A stretch of 50,293 nt of DNA from Verrucomicrobiales bacterium (GCA_012959985.1 DUCD01000483.1:1-50293), one strand, 5' to 3'. Counted from the first letter of the stretch, positions 1-9,510 are shown. A program made the numbers and translations. Notes: generated from the letters alone by a model not told the origin.

Positions 1-1
1 G

Positions 2-802
2 ATGAATCAGGCGGATTCAGTCAGCATGGGGATTGAAGAACGAGCGGCGCGCCAACTCGCGGATTACGACGCGGGGCAGCCCGGCACGATGTTTGCCGAG
101 GGCGTCGTCATGAGCGTCGCGGAGGGCTATGAGTTACAGGCGGCCGTGGCGAAACTGCGTTGTAGTCGAGGGGAAAGGATCATCGGTTACAAGGTCGGTT
201 GTACGGCTCCGAAGACGCGCGCTCAACTGGGGATCGAACATTGTGTCACGGGCAGGTTGTACGATTCTGAGAAGCACGATTCGGGCGCAACGCTCGCGCG
301 CGGGGAATTCGCCGATCTGGCGATTGAGGGTGAACTGGCGGTGGAGTTGTTGCGCGAACCGGTTTCCGATGATTTTGTCGAAGGCGAGATACCCGCATGT
401 GTATCGCAGGTGATTCCAGTGATCGAGTTGCACCACTTCGTGATGCGCGGTGAGCAGCCATCGGCGGGCGAGCTGATCGCGAACAATGCGATTCACGGAG
501 GGGTCGTTTTCGGTCGCGGTGTCCGTCCCGAAGAAATCCAAATGGCCCCAATTGAGCCATCGTTGGCGATCTTTGCGGATGATCGATTGGTCGAGGATTG
601 CGCGGGCCTGCCACTGATCCGGACCATTGCTTCATCGTTGCAATGGCTAAGGGAAATCGTCCGTGAACGCGGCGATCGGTTGAGCGCCGGTCAGATTGTC
701 CTGACGGGATCGATTCCGAGATTGATACCCATCCAAGTGGACTGTCGCCTGCGGGTCGAGGCGCCGCCTTTCGGCAGCGTTGAAGCGAAGATTGTTACTT
801 GA
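2..802 (+). CDS. 2-keto-4-pentenoate hydratase-like protein (fumarylacetoacetate hydrolase superfamily)
   Basis: 266-aa ORF whose ATG is 1 nt from the window edge. The blocks 'ERIIGYKVGCTAP' and 'AIEGELAVEL' resemble MhpD/XylJ-type hydratases. Family assignment is from memory. Confidence 0.65.
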   Translation: MNQADSVSMGIEERAARQLADYDAGQPGTMFAEGVVMSVAEGYELQAAVAKLRCSRGERIIGYKVGCTAPKTRAQLGIEHCVTGRLYDSEKHDSGATLARGEFADLAIEGELAVELLREPVSDDFVEGEIPACVSQVIPVIELHHFVMRGEQPSAGELIANNAIHGGVVFGRGVRPEEIQMAPIEPSLAIFADDRLVEDCAGLPLIRTIASSLQWLREIVRERGDRLSAGQIVLTGSIPRLIPIQVDCRLRVEAPPFGSVEAKIVT

Positions 803-859
803 ACCGATTTTCCAAAAGTAAACTCACAACAGCAACCCAACCATAGAAAGGAACATTAC

Positions 860-1171
860 ATGGCATACGACGACACATTGATCGTGGATCACATTAAGGC
901 AACGCACGGCACGGACCTGCTCAGCGAACGCGAGAAACATCTGGTGGGACTGGCCGTGACCCTGACGCGCGGGTGTTCGGTCTGCACGCGGAACCGGGTG
1001 GAAAAGGCCCGTGGCATCGGGATCTCGGACGACGAACTGAATGCCTTGATCGCGGTGACGGCGGCGGTCAACAGCGGCGTGACAGCCGCCACAGCCCGCA
1101 TTGCCTTTGGCATGCTGGAAGCGGAAAAGGCCGAGGAGTGCGGCGATGCCTGCTCGCCGAGTCCAGCCTGA
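860..1171 (+). CDS. Carboxymuconolactone decarboxylase (AhpD-like) family protein
   Basis: 103-aa ORF with 'REKHLVGLAVTLTRGCSVCTRNRVEKARGIGISDDEL', the CMD-domain pattern including a CxxC. Confidence 0.75.
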   Translation: MAYDDTLIVDHIKATHGTDLLSEREKHLVGLAVTLTRGCSVCTRNRVEKARGIGISDDELNALIAVTAAVNSGVTAATARIAFGMLEAEKAEECGDACSPSPA

Positions 1172-1475
1172 AGGACATAGACGCCTGAAGGACACCGTAA
1201 AACCCGGCACGGTCGGCGAGGAGCGTTTCGTCGTCGCTGAGGAACACCAGATCGACTTCGCTCACAACGGCCTGCCCGCGATTCTGTGCACGCCCTGGCT
1301 GGTGTGGTTTCTGGAACATGCGGCACGCAATGCTGTGTTGCCGGTGTTGGAGCCGGGCGAGAGCACCGTTGACGTGGTCATCAATGTGCAACATCTGGCG
1401 GCGACTCCGTTGGGGGAAGAGGTGGTTTGTCGCGCCCGCGTGATCTCGGTGGATGGACAGGCTGAATGTGGTTGA
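1146..1475 (+). CDS. Hotdog-fold thioesterase-like protein, apparently C-terminally truncated
   Basis: The ORF frame 1101..1475 contains 'LCTPWLVWFLEHAARNAV...VVINVQHLAATPLGEEVVCRARVISVDG', typical of FlK/4HBT-like thioesterases. The internal ATG at 1146 is chosen because the upstream part overlaps the CMD gene. The ORF stops about 35 aa earlier than I expect for the fold. Confidence 0.45.
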   Translation: MPARRVQPEGHRRLKDTVKPGTVGEERFVVAEEHQIDFAHNGLPAILCTPWLVWFLEHAARNAVLPVLEPGESTVDVVINVQHLAATPLGEEVVCRARVISVDGQAECG

Positions 1476-1583
1476 TGACATTATTAGCTTGTCCCTTTGT
1501 GAAATGTTGACTGACCCGCTAAACGGCAGGAGGTTGGTCCGGGAGGCGGGGTTGCTGCGGGTGCGGATCAACTGTTTCCTCAT

Positions 1584-2966
1584 CTACTTTTGCGCTCCCT
1601 GCGCCTCGGTTTTACGGCGGACATTCTGGAGCCCGGGCCTTGTCGACAGCAGGCGGGTCGACTTGCCGACGTAGTCGTCGCCGGCTGCAAACTGCGACCT
1701 CATGTCCTCCAGGACGCCACTGAGCATCTTGTGCGAGGCCCGCGTCATCTTGTCCATGGCCTTGAAATCGATGGGGTTGGCGTGGGCGGGATCCAGGATG
1801 AAGTCGTAGAAATAGCCGCCCTCGTAAAGCTTGAACCGCTTGTCACGGGCAAAATGCGACATTTTGCCGCGATCCTTTCCGTAGTAGCCGACGTAGGCCC
1901 AGGGGTGGGGTTTGTAATCGGGGTCTCCCGTCAGGCGGCCGGCGAAGCTATGGCCGTCGCATGACAGGTCCCTGGGCAGTTCCGTTCCGGCCAGTTTGGC
2001 GAATGTCGGAAGGAAATCTGTGAGGTCGACCGGGTCGTCGAATACTGCGCCGCGGACCCCCCCAGCGGGGTAACTGACGACCAGCGGCACTCGCATGCCC
2101 ATCTCGACGAAGTTGCTTCCCTTGCCCCCGGGCCAATCGAGTTTCCCGAGTTTCCCGCCGCGGATAATTCGGTCGGTGCCGTTGTCGCCGATGAACAGGA
2201 TGACAGTATTGTCGCGGATACCGAGCGCATCGAGGTGGCTGACAATGCGGCCCACGATCTTGTCGGTATAGGCCACCATGCCGGCCATGCGGTCGAGCAC
2301 GGGAGATTGTCTTGTCATCCCCTCCGGCGCATCGGGGGTCAGTTCGAATGGGCTGTGCGTCAGCATCATCGGGTAGTAGCAGAAGAACGGCTCGTCCTTG
2401 TGCCGGGTGACAAAGTCGAGCAGGAAGCTACTTACGACATCGGGGCCGTACTCGCCCTTGTTGCCGGGCAGCACCTTGCCGTTCTGGATGAGCTCCCCGA
2501 CGTTGTTGTAACGGGACGCCTTGTTCTCCAGCCACCACAGGCAATATTCATCAAATCCAAAGTGATCGATCAGTTTGCGGTCACGCCCGAGTTGCCACTT
2601 GCCGGTGATGCAGGTCGCGTAGCCCGCCTTGCGCATCACGTGTCCGAAAGTGATCTCGCGCCGGTCGAGGACTCCAAACCGGCCGTAATTCCGGAAGTTA
2701 TAGCGCCCTGTCATGATCTTGACCCGCGTCGGCGTGCAGAGCGGTTGGGCCACGCAGTTCATGAAGCGCATGCCCTCGGCGGCGAGATTGTCCAGGACCG
2801 GCGTCTTGTAGGGGCTTCCCCCATTGGCGCTGACCGTCTCGAAGCCCAGATCATCGGCCATGATCATTATGATATTGGGTCGCTCGGGCGCCTCCCGGGC
2901 TATCAGTGATCCGGCAAAGGAGAAACCGAGGGCGAGGGCGAGATAAAGTGATGAAGGGTTTTTCAT
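1584..2966 (-). CDS. Arylsulfatase (formylglycine-dependent, S1 family), secreted
   Basis: Signal peptide 'MKNPSSLYLALALGFSFAGSLIA' from the ATG at 2966. 'NIIMIMADDLGF' metal site and 'PLCTPTRVKIMTGRY' CxPxR motif. The track ORF extends to a GTG at 2996. Confidence 0.85.
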   Translation of the reverse strand: MKNPSSLYLALALGFSFAGSLIAREAPERPNIIMIMADDLGFETVSANGGSPYKTPVLDNLAAEGMRFMNCVAQPLCTPTRVKIMTGRYNFRNYGRFGVLDRREITFGHVMRKAGYATCITGKWQLGRDRKLIDHFGFDEYCLWWLENKASRYNNVGELIQNGKVLPGNKGEYGPDVVSSFLLDFVTRHKDEPFFCYYPMMLTHSPFELTPDAPEGMTRQSPVLDRMAGMVAYTDKIVGRIVSHLDALGIRDNTVILFIGDNGTDRIIRGGKLGKLDWPGGKGSNFVEMGMRVPLVVSYPAGGVRGAVFDDPVDLTDFLPTFAKLAGTELPRDLSCDGHSFAGRLTGDPDYKPHPWAYVGYYGKDRGKMSHFARDKRFKLYEGGYFYDFILDPAHANPIDFKAMDKMTRASHKMLSGVLEDMRSQFAAGDDYVGKSTRLLSTRPGLQNVRRKTEAQGAQK

Positions 2967-3606
2967 GTAGTTAGCAACTGTAATAATAAGGGGCACGTCT
3001 CAACATTCAACAGATTTATCAGTTCTTTTTAGTTTCATCTTCAAACTGACTTACGAGTTTGCTGAACCTCCTCCGATCCCTGTCCTCACGAAATAACTAC
3101 CACAGCTCGGTCGCCCGATTCATCCAGTGTTGGCAACCACCGGGTTGATTAATTCTCAAGAGTCGTTCGTTGTCTGTCAGGAAATATTCATCAAGATCAA
3201 ACATCCTGTCAGTCCTGAATGGCACCAAGTTAAAGTATTTTGTTCCGTCCTGATGGGATATCCATAGTCCGGGGTCGACGCCCCCGGCTTCAGGAATAAA
3301 ATCATGTCCAGGGCCTTTTCAAACATGAAGCCGGCCGCGGTGAGGCCGGATTTGACATCGTTCTGGTCATGTCAATTTCAGACTCAATTGCCCAGAAATT
3401 CCATCGATCCACATCCTTAACTTATTGCCATTCGTGTCAGTAATTTTGTTGATTGTTTAGACGTGGCCCCTATGTTTTTGTTACAACGTTTACAAGAAAT
3501 TCTACATTTGCTCGACTGATTCGAGATTAATTTGGTAATGGTTTCTCATGACCCAATGGAAGCGATGGCGCTCTCTGATGCTGCAGTTGTCGAAAATAAG
3601 ACTAAG

Positions 3607-6600
3607 ATGATGCCAATGAATTACCAGTTTGTCGGAGGGATCTGTTTCTGCTTATTTTTGGCGTGGTCTGGGTTCGCTAATGCGGTCAGTGGGGAAGTAA
3701 TCCGTTCAACATCGTCAGGTGATGCACTTCGACTGAATGAACTTCTCGCCTCAAATCGTTCAGGATTGCGCGATGATGAAGGGAACAGCAGCGATTGGGT
3801 TGAATTACATAATTCAAGTTCCCGTGACCTGCAACTTGCCGGCTATCGTCTTACAGACGAACTCGATAACCTCGACAAATGGATCTTCCCTGATCATCGG
3901 GTTTCCGCCGATAGCCACTTCCTGGTGTTGATGTCCGGACGTAGCGGCAAGTCTCTCGCTCCCGTCATGTTAAGGTCGTCAGAAACGACATTCCTTTTCG
4001 AGACGACCCTCATCGATCAAGGTGCCGACTGGAGGTATCTTTCTCACCGTCCTTCCGGTGCCGATGCATCCCTTCCGGAAAAACCGCCGGAAAATTGGAC
4101 AGCCGTCGATTTCGACGACCCTGATTTCACGGTGGGTCGGGCGGGTTTCGGCTATGGGGATGAGGATGATGAGACGGAGCTAATCGCCGGAACGACTGCG
4201 GTGCTTTTGCGGCACGAATTCGTTCTTGAAAATCATTCTGCATCCGAGTCTCTCGTCCTCGAGGTCGATTACGACGACGGATTTGTCGCCTACCTGAATG
4301 GAAAACGGGTTCTCACAGTAAACGCACCGAGCGAGCCGCTCAGTTTCAACAGTGTCGCCATCGACAGTCACGATGCCGGCGTTCCGGAACGATTTGATCT
4401 CTCGGCGCATGTGGGGCTGCTGCGCTCTGGTAAGAATGTTTTTGCCATTGCCGGACTCAATAACAGCCGCAACAGTTCCGATCTTTCTCTCCATCCCACG
4501 CTCGGCACTCTTCCTCCTGCCTGTCACGCAAATTTCAGGCTCAAAAAGAAAGGCGGTGCGCTCTATCTGGTTTCGCCGGATGGTAAAGTCATCGACCAGG
4601 TTGAATACTCCAATCAGGTGCCGGATCAATCGCTGGGGAGGTCGGCAGCTGACCCGGCTAACTGGGGGTATTTTCTCACACCTACTCCAGGATCTGCGAA
4701 TATCGGACTCCAGCAGACGCAACCCATAAGGTCGCGACTCTCTTTTGTCCCGGAGGTGGGTGCGTTCGAAGAAAATATCGAGGTGCATATCCATGGAGAA
4801 TCATCCGCGGAGGTCGATATTCGTTACACCAGGGACGGCACGGACCCGAACGAATCAAGCGATTTGTATCGTGGACCGATCAAACTAGTAGACACTACCC
4901 TCGTTCGAGCTGCGGCATTTGCGGGTAAAGAACGTGCCGGTTCGATAGTGTCTGGAACTTATCTCGTCGGTCAACGTCCCATGCTGCCCATTCTGGCCAT
5001 TACGATGAAACCCGCCGCTTTCAACGAGGTGCATATGCGGATTAACGCCACCGGTCACGGGAGTGAGCGACCCGCTTTTATGGAATTCTTCGATCAGGCT
5101 GGGAGGCGAATTGTAGCGACGGGTTTTGGGCTCAGACTCCATGGGGGTGCCGGGCGCAACGGCAGTCTGAACACCAAAAAGTCCTATCGTGCGTACTTCC
5201 GTAAAGCCTACGGTGACGGACGGCTGGACAGCCGGATTATTCCGGAGGCCAGAGTCGAGAATTTCGACAAAATAGTCCTGCGCGCAAGTTCCAATGACCG
5301 TGCGACTCATGGGTCGAGCATTCGGGATCAGGTGATCCGTGATCTCCACGCTGACATGGGAGCTCTTGCTTCGAGAGGTTCATGGTGTGTCCTTCTGATC
5401 AATTCGACCAGCCGCGGTGTCTATAACCTGACCGAACGCATGGATGAAGAGTTTCTCGCCTCCCATCTCGGCCCAGCGGAATACGATGTCATGAAGACGG
5501 GCGAGTCCGTCCTAAGTGGAAGCCGAGAAGACTGGGATGACTTAAGGCGCTTTGTGACGACGACTGACTTTTCGGATGATGCCAACTTTGAAAAACTCTC
5601 TGACCGTGTGGACATTGCGAACCTCACATCGTACGTGATCGTCAACATGTGTCTACAGAATTTTGACTGGCCACACAACAACTGGTACGCCGCGCGGCGC
5701 GTTCCTGACGGCAAATGGATTTTCCTCTGTTGGGATTCCGAATGGGGTCTGGGTTACCGGCATCCCGGATTGGGGGATGCACCCTATGGCATCGACGTCG
5801 ATCCATATGCCTTCATGGACAGCGGCGGAGCTTACGGAAACAGCCTGATCCGAAAACTGTTCCTTGCACTGATCGATAATCCCGGTTACTGCGAGTATTA
5901 TCAGAAGGAAGTCCGTAGGTATTTGAGCGGTCCGCTTTCGACCGAAAACATGATGCGACATATTCGACGTCACCGTGATGCGATTGCGCACGAAATTGAA
6001 ATTGAATATCGAGCTCGCGGAAAGAACACGGAGGGTTGGTACAAGCAGATTGAGGAGGTTGAATATTTTGCTCGAATGTGCCCGGGGTACTTTCAGAAGT
6101 ACACTGATGAATACTTTTCCTACAGAAGTTCACCCAACGACGAAGATCGTCTGGCCATGATCGAAGACCCGGACGGACGGCTGCACGTCATCTATCGGGG
6201 CACGAACGGCCCGTTGCGCGAGCTCGCTTCCTCCACCGACGGAAACGTCTGGGCCGATGAGGTGATCCGAATTCCAGCTACAGCACCGCTACCGGCCGGA
6301 TCCCCGGCGGTTTACTCCCTGACACCGGGGAACCTGCGTATTCTTTACCGTGGGAAAAAGGGACACCTCCACGAATTATCTTTTCCGGAGAAAATTACGG
6401 AAGCGGGAGTTTGGCAGCACACAGACCTGACTTCATTGCTCCAACAACCACCTGCTATTTGCGATCCCTCGGTGGTTGTTGTCGAAGGAGTGCCTCATAT
6501 TGTCTATGTTGATGAAAAGTCCCGGTTGCGAGAGTTTTGGTTGGACAGGGTATGGCGGCATCATTCGCTGCCTGCCGTACCACGCCCGGCGAGCGACGCC

Positions 6601-7302
6601 GTGATCTCAGTAACACCGGGGGCTCTCCATGTCACTTACCGAACGATGTATGGCGTCCCGTGTTGCCAGACGCTCTCGTTGGTGGCCGCCTCGGAAGGTC
6701 GACGATACTGGACGCATCGGTTGACACAGCGGATTCCGAGTGAGGGGCAGCCAATCGGGTTAAACACCGGTGGAAAATGGCGTGTTATCTTCCGGCCTGC
6801 AGAGAAGTGGCCGGTTCGTGAGCCGTTTATCTTCCATTGGGATGGCCGGCTGAGGCAGGGGTATCGTGAATACAATGGCTCACGCAACGGACTTATCCAG
6901 GCATGGGATCAAAGGCAACGCTTCCAACATCTGGAGCCGGTCGGAAAACCATCAATCCGTGCCGCGGGGAACCCTGTTGTTTTGTACGACGCAAAAGGTG
7001 ACCGACATTACATCGCCTACCGCGATACCCTCGGACACATCCATGAAGCGAGTGAGATGCCGCTGGTAACCGACGATCCAACGGCCGTTTCCGACCGGGA
7101 GATTTGGCAAATCAAGGATGTAACCACTCTCGCGGGAGCACCTCCTGCGGCCGGAGAACCGGCGGGATTGGTATCGGTTCGTAACGGCGCGCGGAACTAC
7201 GTTTACCGCGGTCGCGAAGGGAAGCTGCACGAAATACGTTTCGATGGGCAATGGAGTCATCGGGAGCTCACCGCGGCAGCATCTGTTGTCCGACCGAAAT
7301 AG
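3607..7302 (+). CDS. Secreted multidomain protein: lamin-tail domain(s), Fn3_assoc-like domain, CotH kinase-like domain, C-terminal repeat propeller
   Basis: 1256-aa ORF. The start at M26 (3607) gives the signal peptide 'MMPMNYQFVGGICFCLFLAWSGFANA'. LTD motif 'NSSDWVELHNSS...LAGYRLTD'. CotH-like 'NFDWPHNNWYAARR...CWDSEWGLG'. Six to seven C-terminal repeats of type 'LRILYRGKKGHLHEL'. Confidence 0.8.
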   Translation: MMPMNYQFVGGICFCLFLAWSGFANAVSGEVIRSTSSGDALRLNELLASNRSGLRDDEGNSSDWVELHNSSSRDLQLAGYRLTDELDNLDKWIFPDHRVSADSHFLVLMSGRSGKSLAPVMLRSSETTFLFETTLIDQGADWRYLSHRPSGADASLPEKPPENWTAVDFDDPDFTVGRAGFGYGDEDDETELIAGTTAVLLRHEFVLENHSASESLVLEVDYDDGFVAYLNGKRVLTVNAPSEPLSFNSVAIDSHDAGVPERFDLSAHVGLLRSGKNVFAIAGLNNSRNSSDLSLHPTLGTLPPACHANFRLKKKGGALYLVSPDGKVIDQVEYSNQVPDQSLGRSAADPANWGYFLTPTPGSANIGLQQTQPIRSRLSFVPEVGAFEENIEVHIHGESSAEVDIRYTRDGTDPNESSDLYRGPIKLVDTTLVRAAAFAGKERAGSIVSGTYLVGQRPMLPILAITMKPAAFNEVHMRINATGHGSERPAFMEFFDQAGRRIVATGFGLRLHGGAGRNGSLNTKKSYRAYFRKAYGDGRLDSRIIPEARVENFDKIVLRASSNDRATHGSSIRDQVIRDLHADMGALASRGSWCVLLINSTSRGVYNLTERMDEEFLASHLGPAEYDVMKTGESVLSGSREDWDDLRRFVTTTDFSDDANFEKLSDRVDIANLTSYVIVNMCLQNFDWPHNNWYAARRVPDGKWIFLCWDSEWGLGYRHPGLGDAPYGIDVDPYAFMDSGGAYGNSLIRKLFLALIDNPGYCEYYQKEVRRYLSGPLSTENMMRHIRRHRDAIAHEIEIEYRARGKNTEGWYKQIEEVEYFARMCPGYFQKYTDEYFSYRSSPNDEDRLAMIEDPDGRLHVIYRGTNGPLRELASSTDGNVWADEVIRIPATAPLPAGSPAVYSLTPGNLRILYRGKKGHLHELSFPEKITEAGVWQHTDLTSLLQQPPAICDPSVVVVEGVPHIVYVDEKSRLREFWLDRVWRHHSLPAVPRPASDAVISVTPGALHVTYRTMYGVPCCQTLSLVAASEGRRYWTHRLTQRIPSEGQPIGLNTGGKWRVIFRPAEKWPVREPFIFHWDGRLRQGYREYNGSRNGLIQAWDQRQRFQHLEPVGKPSIRAAGNPVVLYDAKGDRHYIAYRDTLGHIHEASEMPLVTDDPTAVSDREIWQIKDVTTLAGAPPAAGEPAGLVSVRNGARNYVYRGREGKLHEIRFDGQWSHRELTAAASVVRPK

Positions 7303-7476
7303 GGTGTTGTCGAGCAGGTCGTCCCAATAGATAACGACCCGTTTCGGTTCCAATCCGGCAACATCGTTGTAGGTTTGCTCGACCTCATTTCCGAGCCCTT
7401 AGGTATCACATCACCTCCATCCGAAGGACTATTCGAATTCTGTAACCCTGCTCCGGGGTTGATCGTCTTGACCTGC

Positions 7477-9510
7477 ATGATACCGATTCTGAAGATGACA
7501 ATAATTATCTGGGTATGCCTCTTTTCTTCCGGGCTTGGCAACATCGATTTGCCGGCGGTTGAGAATTTGACCCCGGACCAGATATTAAAGTATCTGGGGG
7601 CCTTGGGGCGTAATGCAGGAACGAAGACGGAGCTTGCTGCTTATGATCAGCATTTCAACCGCACTGATCGAAACGGAGATGGACGCTTGTCGCGTGAAGA
7701 ATATGTGGATAAGGGAACCTACCTGAATCCACAAAGTCGCGCTGGAATTTTTCGGGCCTCGGATACGGATCAGGACGGGTCTGTTTCGCGCGAAGAATAT
7801 GTAGTCAATCGCAGGATAACCGATGAAGCAAAGGCAATTATGGCACGGGTTGACGCCAACGGCGATGGTCGGGTGACGCGCAAGGAATTTATTGAATATT
7901 CAGGGAGTGAAGATGAAGCACTTGCGATCACGGTTTTTGAAAAATTGGATACAAACAGGGATGGGGTAAGCATTACCCCGGAATTCCTTCGTGTTTGGGG
8001 TGTCTGGGCGAGGGCAGCTAAGGTTTCAAATCAAGTCGAGGCTATTGTGAAACAGGCATCAGGGGCGTCGGCATCAAGAGCAGGCGGCAGATCAAGTGGG
8101 CGGAGAAGAGGACCTCCATCACGAATCGGTCCCGGAGGGGGAGTGATGCCGGATTTGTTATCTCGCCGAGGCATTCAAGCAGGAGATAATCTTCCGAATG
8201 TTACGATTCACTCTGATGCGGGTATGCCGAAGAAGTTGCACGAACTGATAGGGAATGACTATACAGTGATTGTTGGCGGTTGCCTGACTTGTCCGCAGTT
8301 CCTTAGCCGTTATCCGTCGATTGAGGCAGTCGCTCGTGATTATTCTCCCAAAGGGGTTCGCTTCTATTATCTTTACCGGGCTCTTGCGCATCCGGAGAAC
8401 AATGGTTACGTGGAGCCATTCGACCTCGACGAACGATTGATGCATATAGCGGAAGCTAAAGGAAAACTTAAAACACGTGTGCCATGGATTGCTGATAATA
8501 TGGACAACGAATTAAAAGCAGCGATGGGTAACATTAACAATCCGGCTTTTCTGCTCAGATCCGGCGGAGAGATTGTTTATCTGCAGTCGTGGAGCGATGG
8601 GGAGGGGTTGCGAAAAGAACTGGCGGAAATCCTGGGTCCAGTGGATCCCCCGACCCTGGCTGCGAATCTTGGATTGCCGGAAGTTTCGGGGCGGACTCGG
8701 GCGGGACGACCCGTCCTACCCAGGGTTGAAGTTCCAGACTTGATGGTTCCATTGCTGATCGTGCCAGGAAAGGGGAGCGATCCTTTTTATGTGAAATTGC
8801 GTGCGGAAGCAGAACCGAGCGTAATTGAATCCGGTAGCGGGAAAATCTATCTCGGGTTCCATGTTGATCCGATTCACGATGTGCATTGGAATAACTTGGT
8901 GGCACCGATGAAGTTCATGATTGAAACTAGCGACGGAACGGAGGTGACTCCCAGCAAGGAAAGTGCAGCTAAAGTTGCCGTGGATGCGGATACTGACCCG
9001 CGCGAATTTCTGGTGAGCATCGTTGGGGCTAACCCGGAGAATCCTTTCAAGCTGACAGTGGATTACTTTGCCTGCAGTGACGAGGAAGGTTGGTGTCGAA
9101 AAATTGTTCAGGAATATACCGTACAGCTGAAACGGGATCCGTTTGGTGGGGGTGTCATGGGGCGTTCATTCCTGCCGGGCAGGGGGTTTGGCGGCGGTAG
9201 GCCAAGTGGCGGATATCCCGGGGGCAGGCCTGAACGTGGCGGTTTTCGCGGAGGCCCTCCTGGTAGTGCCGGCGGCGGACCCCCTGATCCAACGGTTTTA
9301 TTTGAACGATTTGACCGGAACGAGGATGGCATTGTGACTGAATCTGAGACTCCTGAATTCCTCTGGAACCGAATCTCCTCAGCAGACAAAAACAAAGATG
9401 GCTTGGTCAGCTTAGATGAACTGAAAACGTACCGCTCGAGTGGGCAGGGCAGGGGCACTGTGCCCTCGGGGAATCAGAGACGACGACCCGAGGCTGATCC
9501 ACAGGATTAG
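7477..9510 (+). CDS. Secreted EF-hand calcium-binding / thioredoxin-fold (CxxC) protein with Gly/Arg-rich linker
   Basis: Signal-like 'MIPILKMTIIIWVCLFSSGLG'. Four N-terminal EF-hand loops (DRNGDGRLSREE, DTDQDGSVSREE, DANGDGRVTRKE, DTNRDGVSITPE) and two C-terminal loops (DRNEDGIVTESE, DKNKDGLVSLDE). Central 'VIVGGCLTCPQFL' motif. Alternative start at 7495. Confidence 0.75.
   Translation: MIPILKMTIIIWVCLFSSGLGNIDLPAVENLTPDQILKYLGALGRNAGTKTELAAYDQHFNRTDRNGDGRLSREEYVDKGTYLNPQSRAGIFRASDTDQDGSVSREEYVVNRRITDEAKAIMARVDANGDGRVTRKEFIEYSGSEDEALAITVFEKLDTNRDGVSITPEFLRVWGVWARAAKVSNQVEAIVKQASGASASRAGGRSSGRRRGPPSRIGPGGGVMPDLLSRRGIQAGDNLPNVTIHSDAGMPKKLHELIGNDYTVIVGGCLTCPQFLSRYPSIEAVARDYSPKGVRFYYLYRALAHPENNGYVEPFDLDERLMHIAEAKGKLKTRVPWIADNMDNELKAAMGNINNPAFLLRSGGEIVYLQSWSDGEGLRKELAEILGPVDPPTLAANLGLPEVSGRTRAGRPVLPRVEVPDLMVPLLIVPGKGSDPFYVKLRAEAEPSVIESGSGKIYLGFHVDPIHDVHWNNLVAPMKFMIETSDGTEVTPSKESAAKVAVDADTDPREFLVSIVGANPENPFKLTVDYFACSDEEGWCRKIVQEYTVQLKRDPFGGGVMGRSFLPGRGFGGGRPSGGYPGGRPERGGFRGGPPGSAGGGPPDPTVLFERFDRNEDGIVTESETPEFLWNRISSADKNKDGLVSLDELKTYRSSGQGRGTVPSGNQRRRPEADPQD

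Noticed and set aside
1453-1674. 73-aa plus-strand ORF overlapping the 3' end of the first sulfatase
   Set aside because: Its 3' half is antisense to the sulfatase. Only its first ~40 codons are of interest, as a possible frameshifted thioesterase C-terminus, which is covered in the findings.
2235-2909. Long antisense ORFs inside confidently called genes (also 4180..4794, 11315..12049, 12632..13249, 15718..16311, 24934..25545, 42893..43675 and 48195..48806)
   Set aside because: These are shadow ORFs on the opposite strand of genes with clear family motifs. Their translations are low-complexity or Arg/Gly/Pro/His-rich with no recognisable motifs.
3130-3345. Minus-strand open frame in the 530-bp gap upstream of the first sulfatase, reading '...GLWISHQDGTKYFNLVPFRTDRMFDLDEYFLTDNERLLRINQPGGCQHWMNRATELW*'
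   Set aside because: It looks protein-like, but I cannot assign a family. Its only canonical start leaves a 35-aa peptide. I cannot tell whether it is a gene remnant or a small gene without a database search, so it is not listed as a feature.
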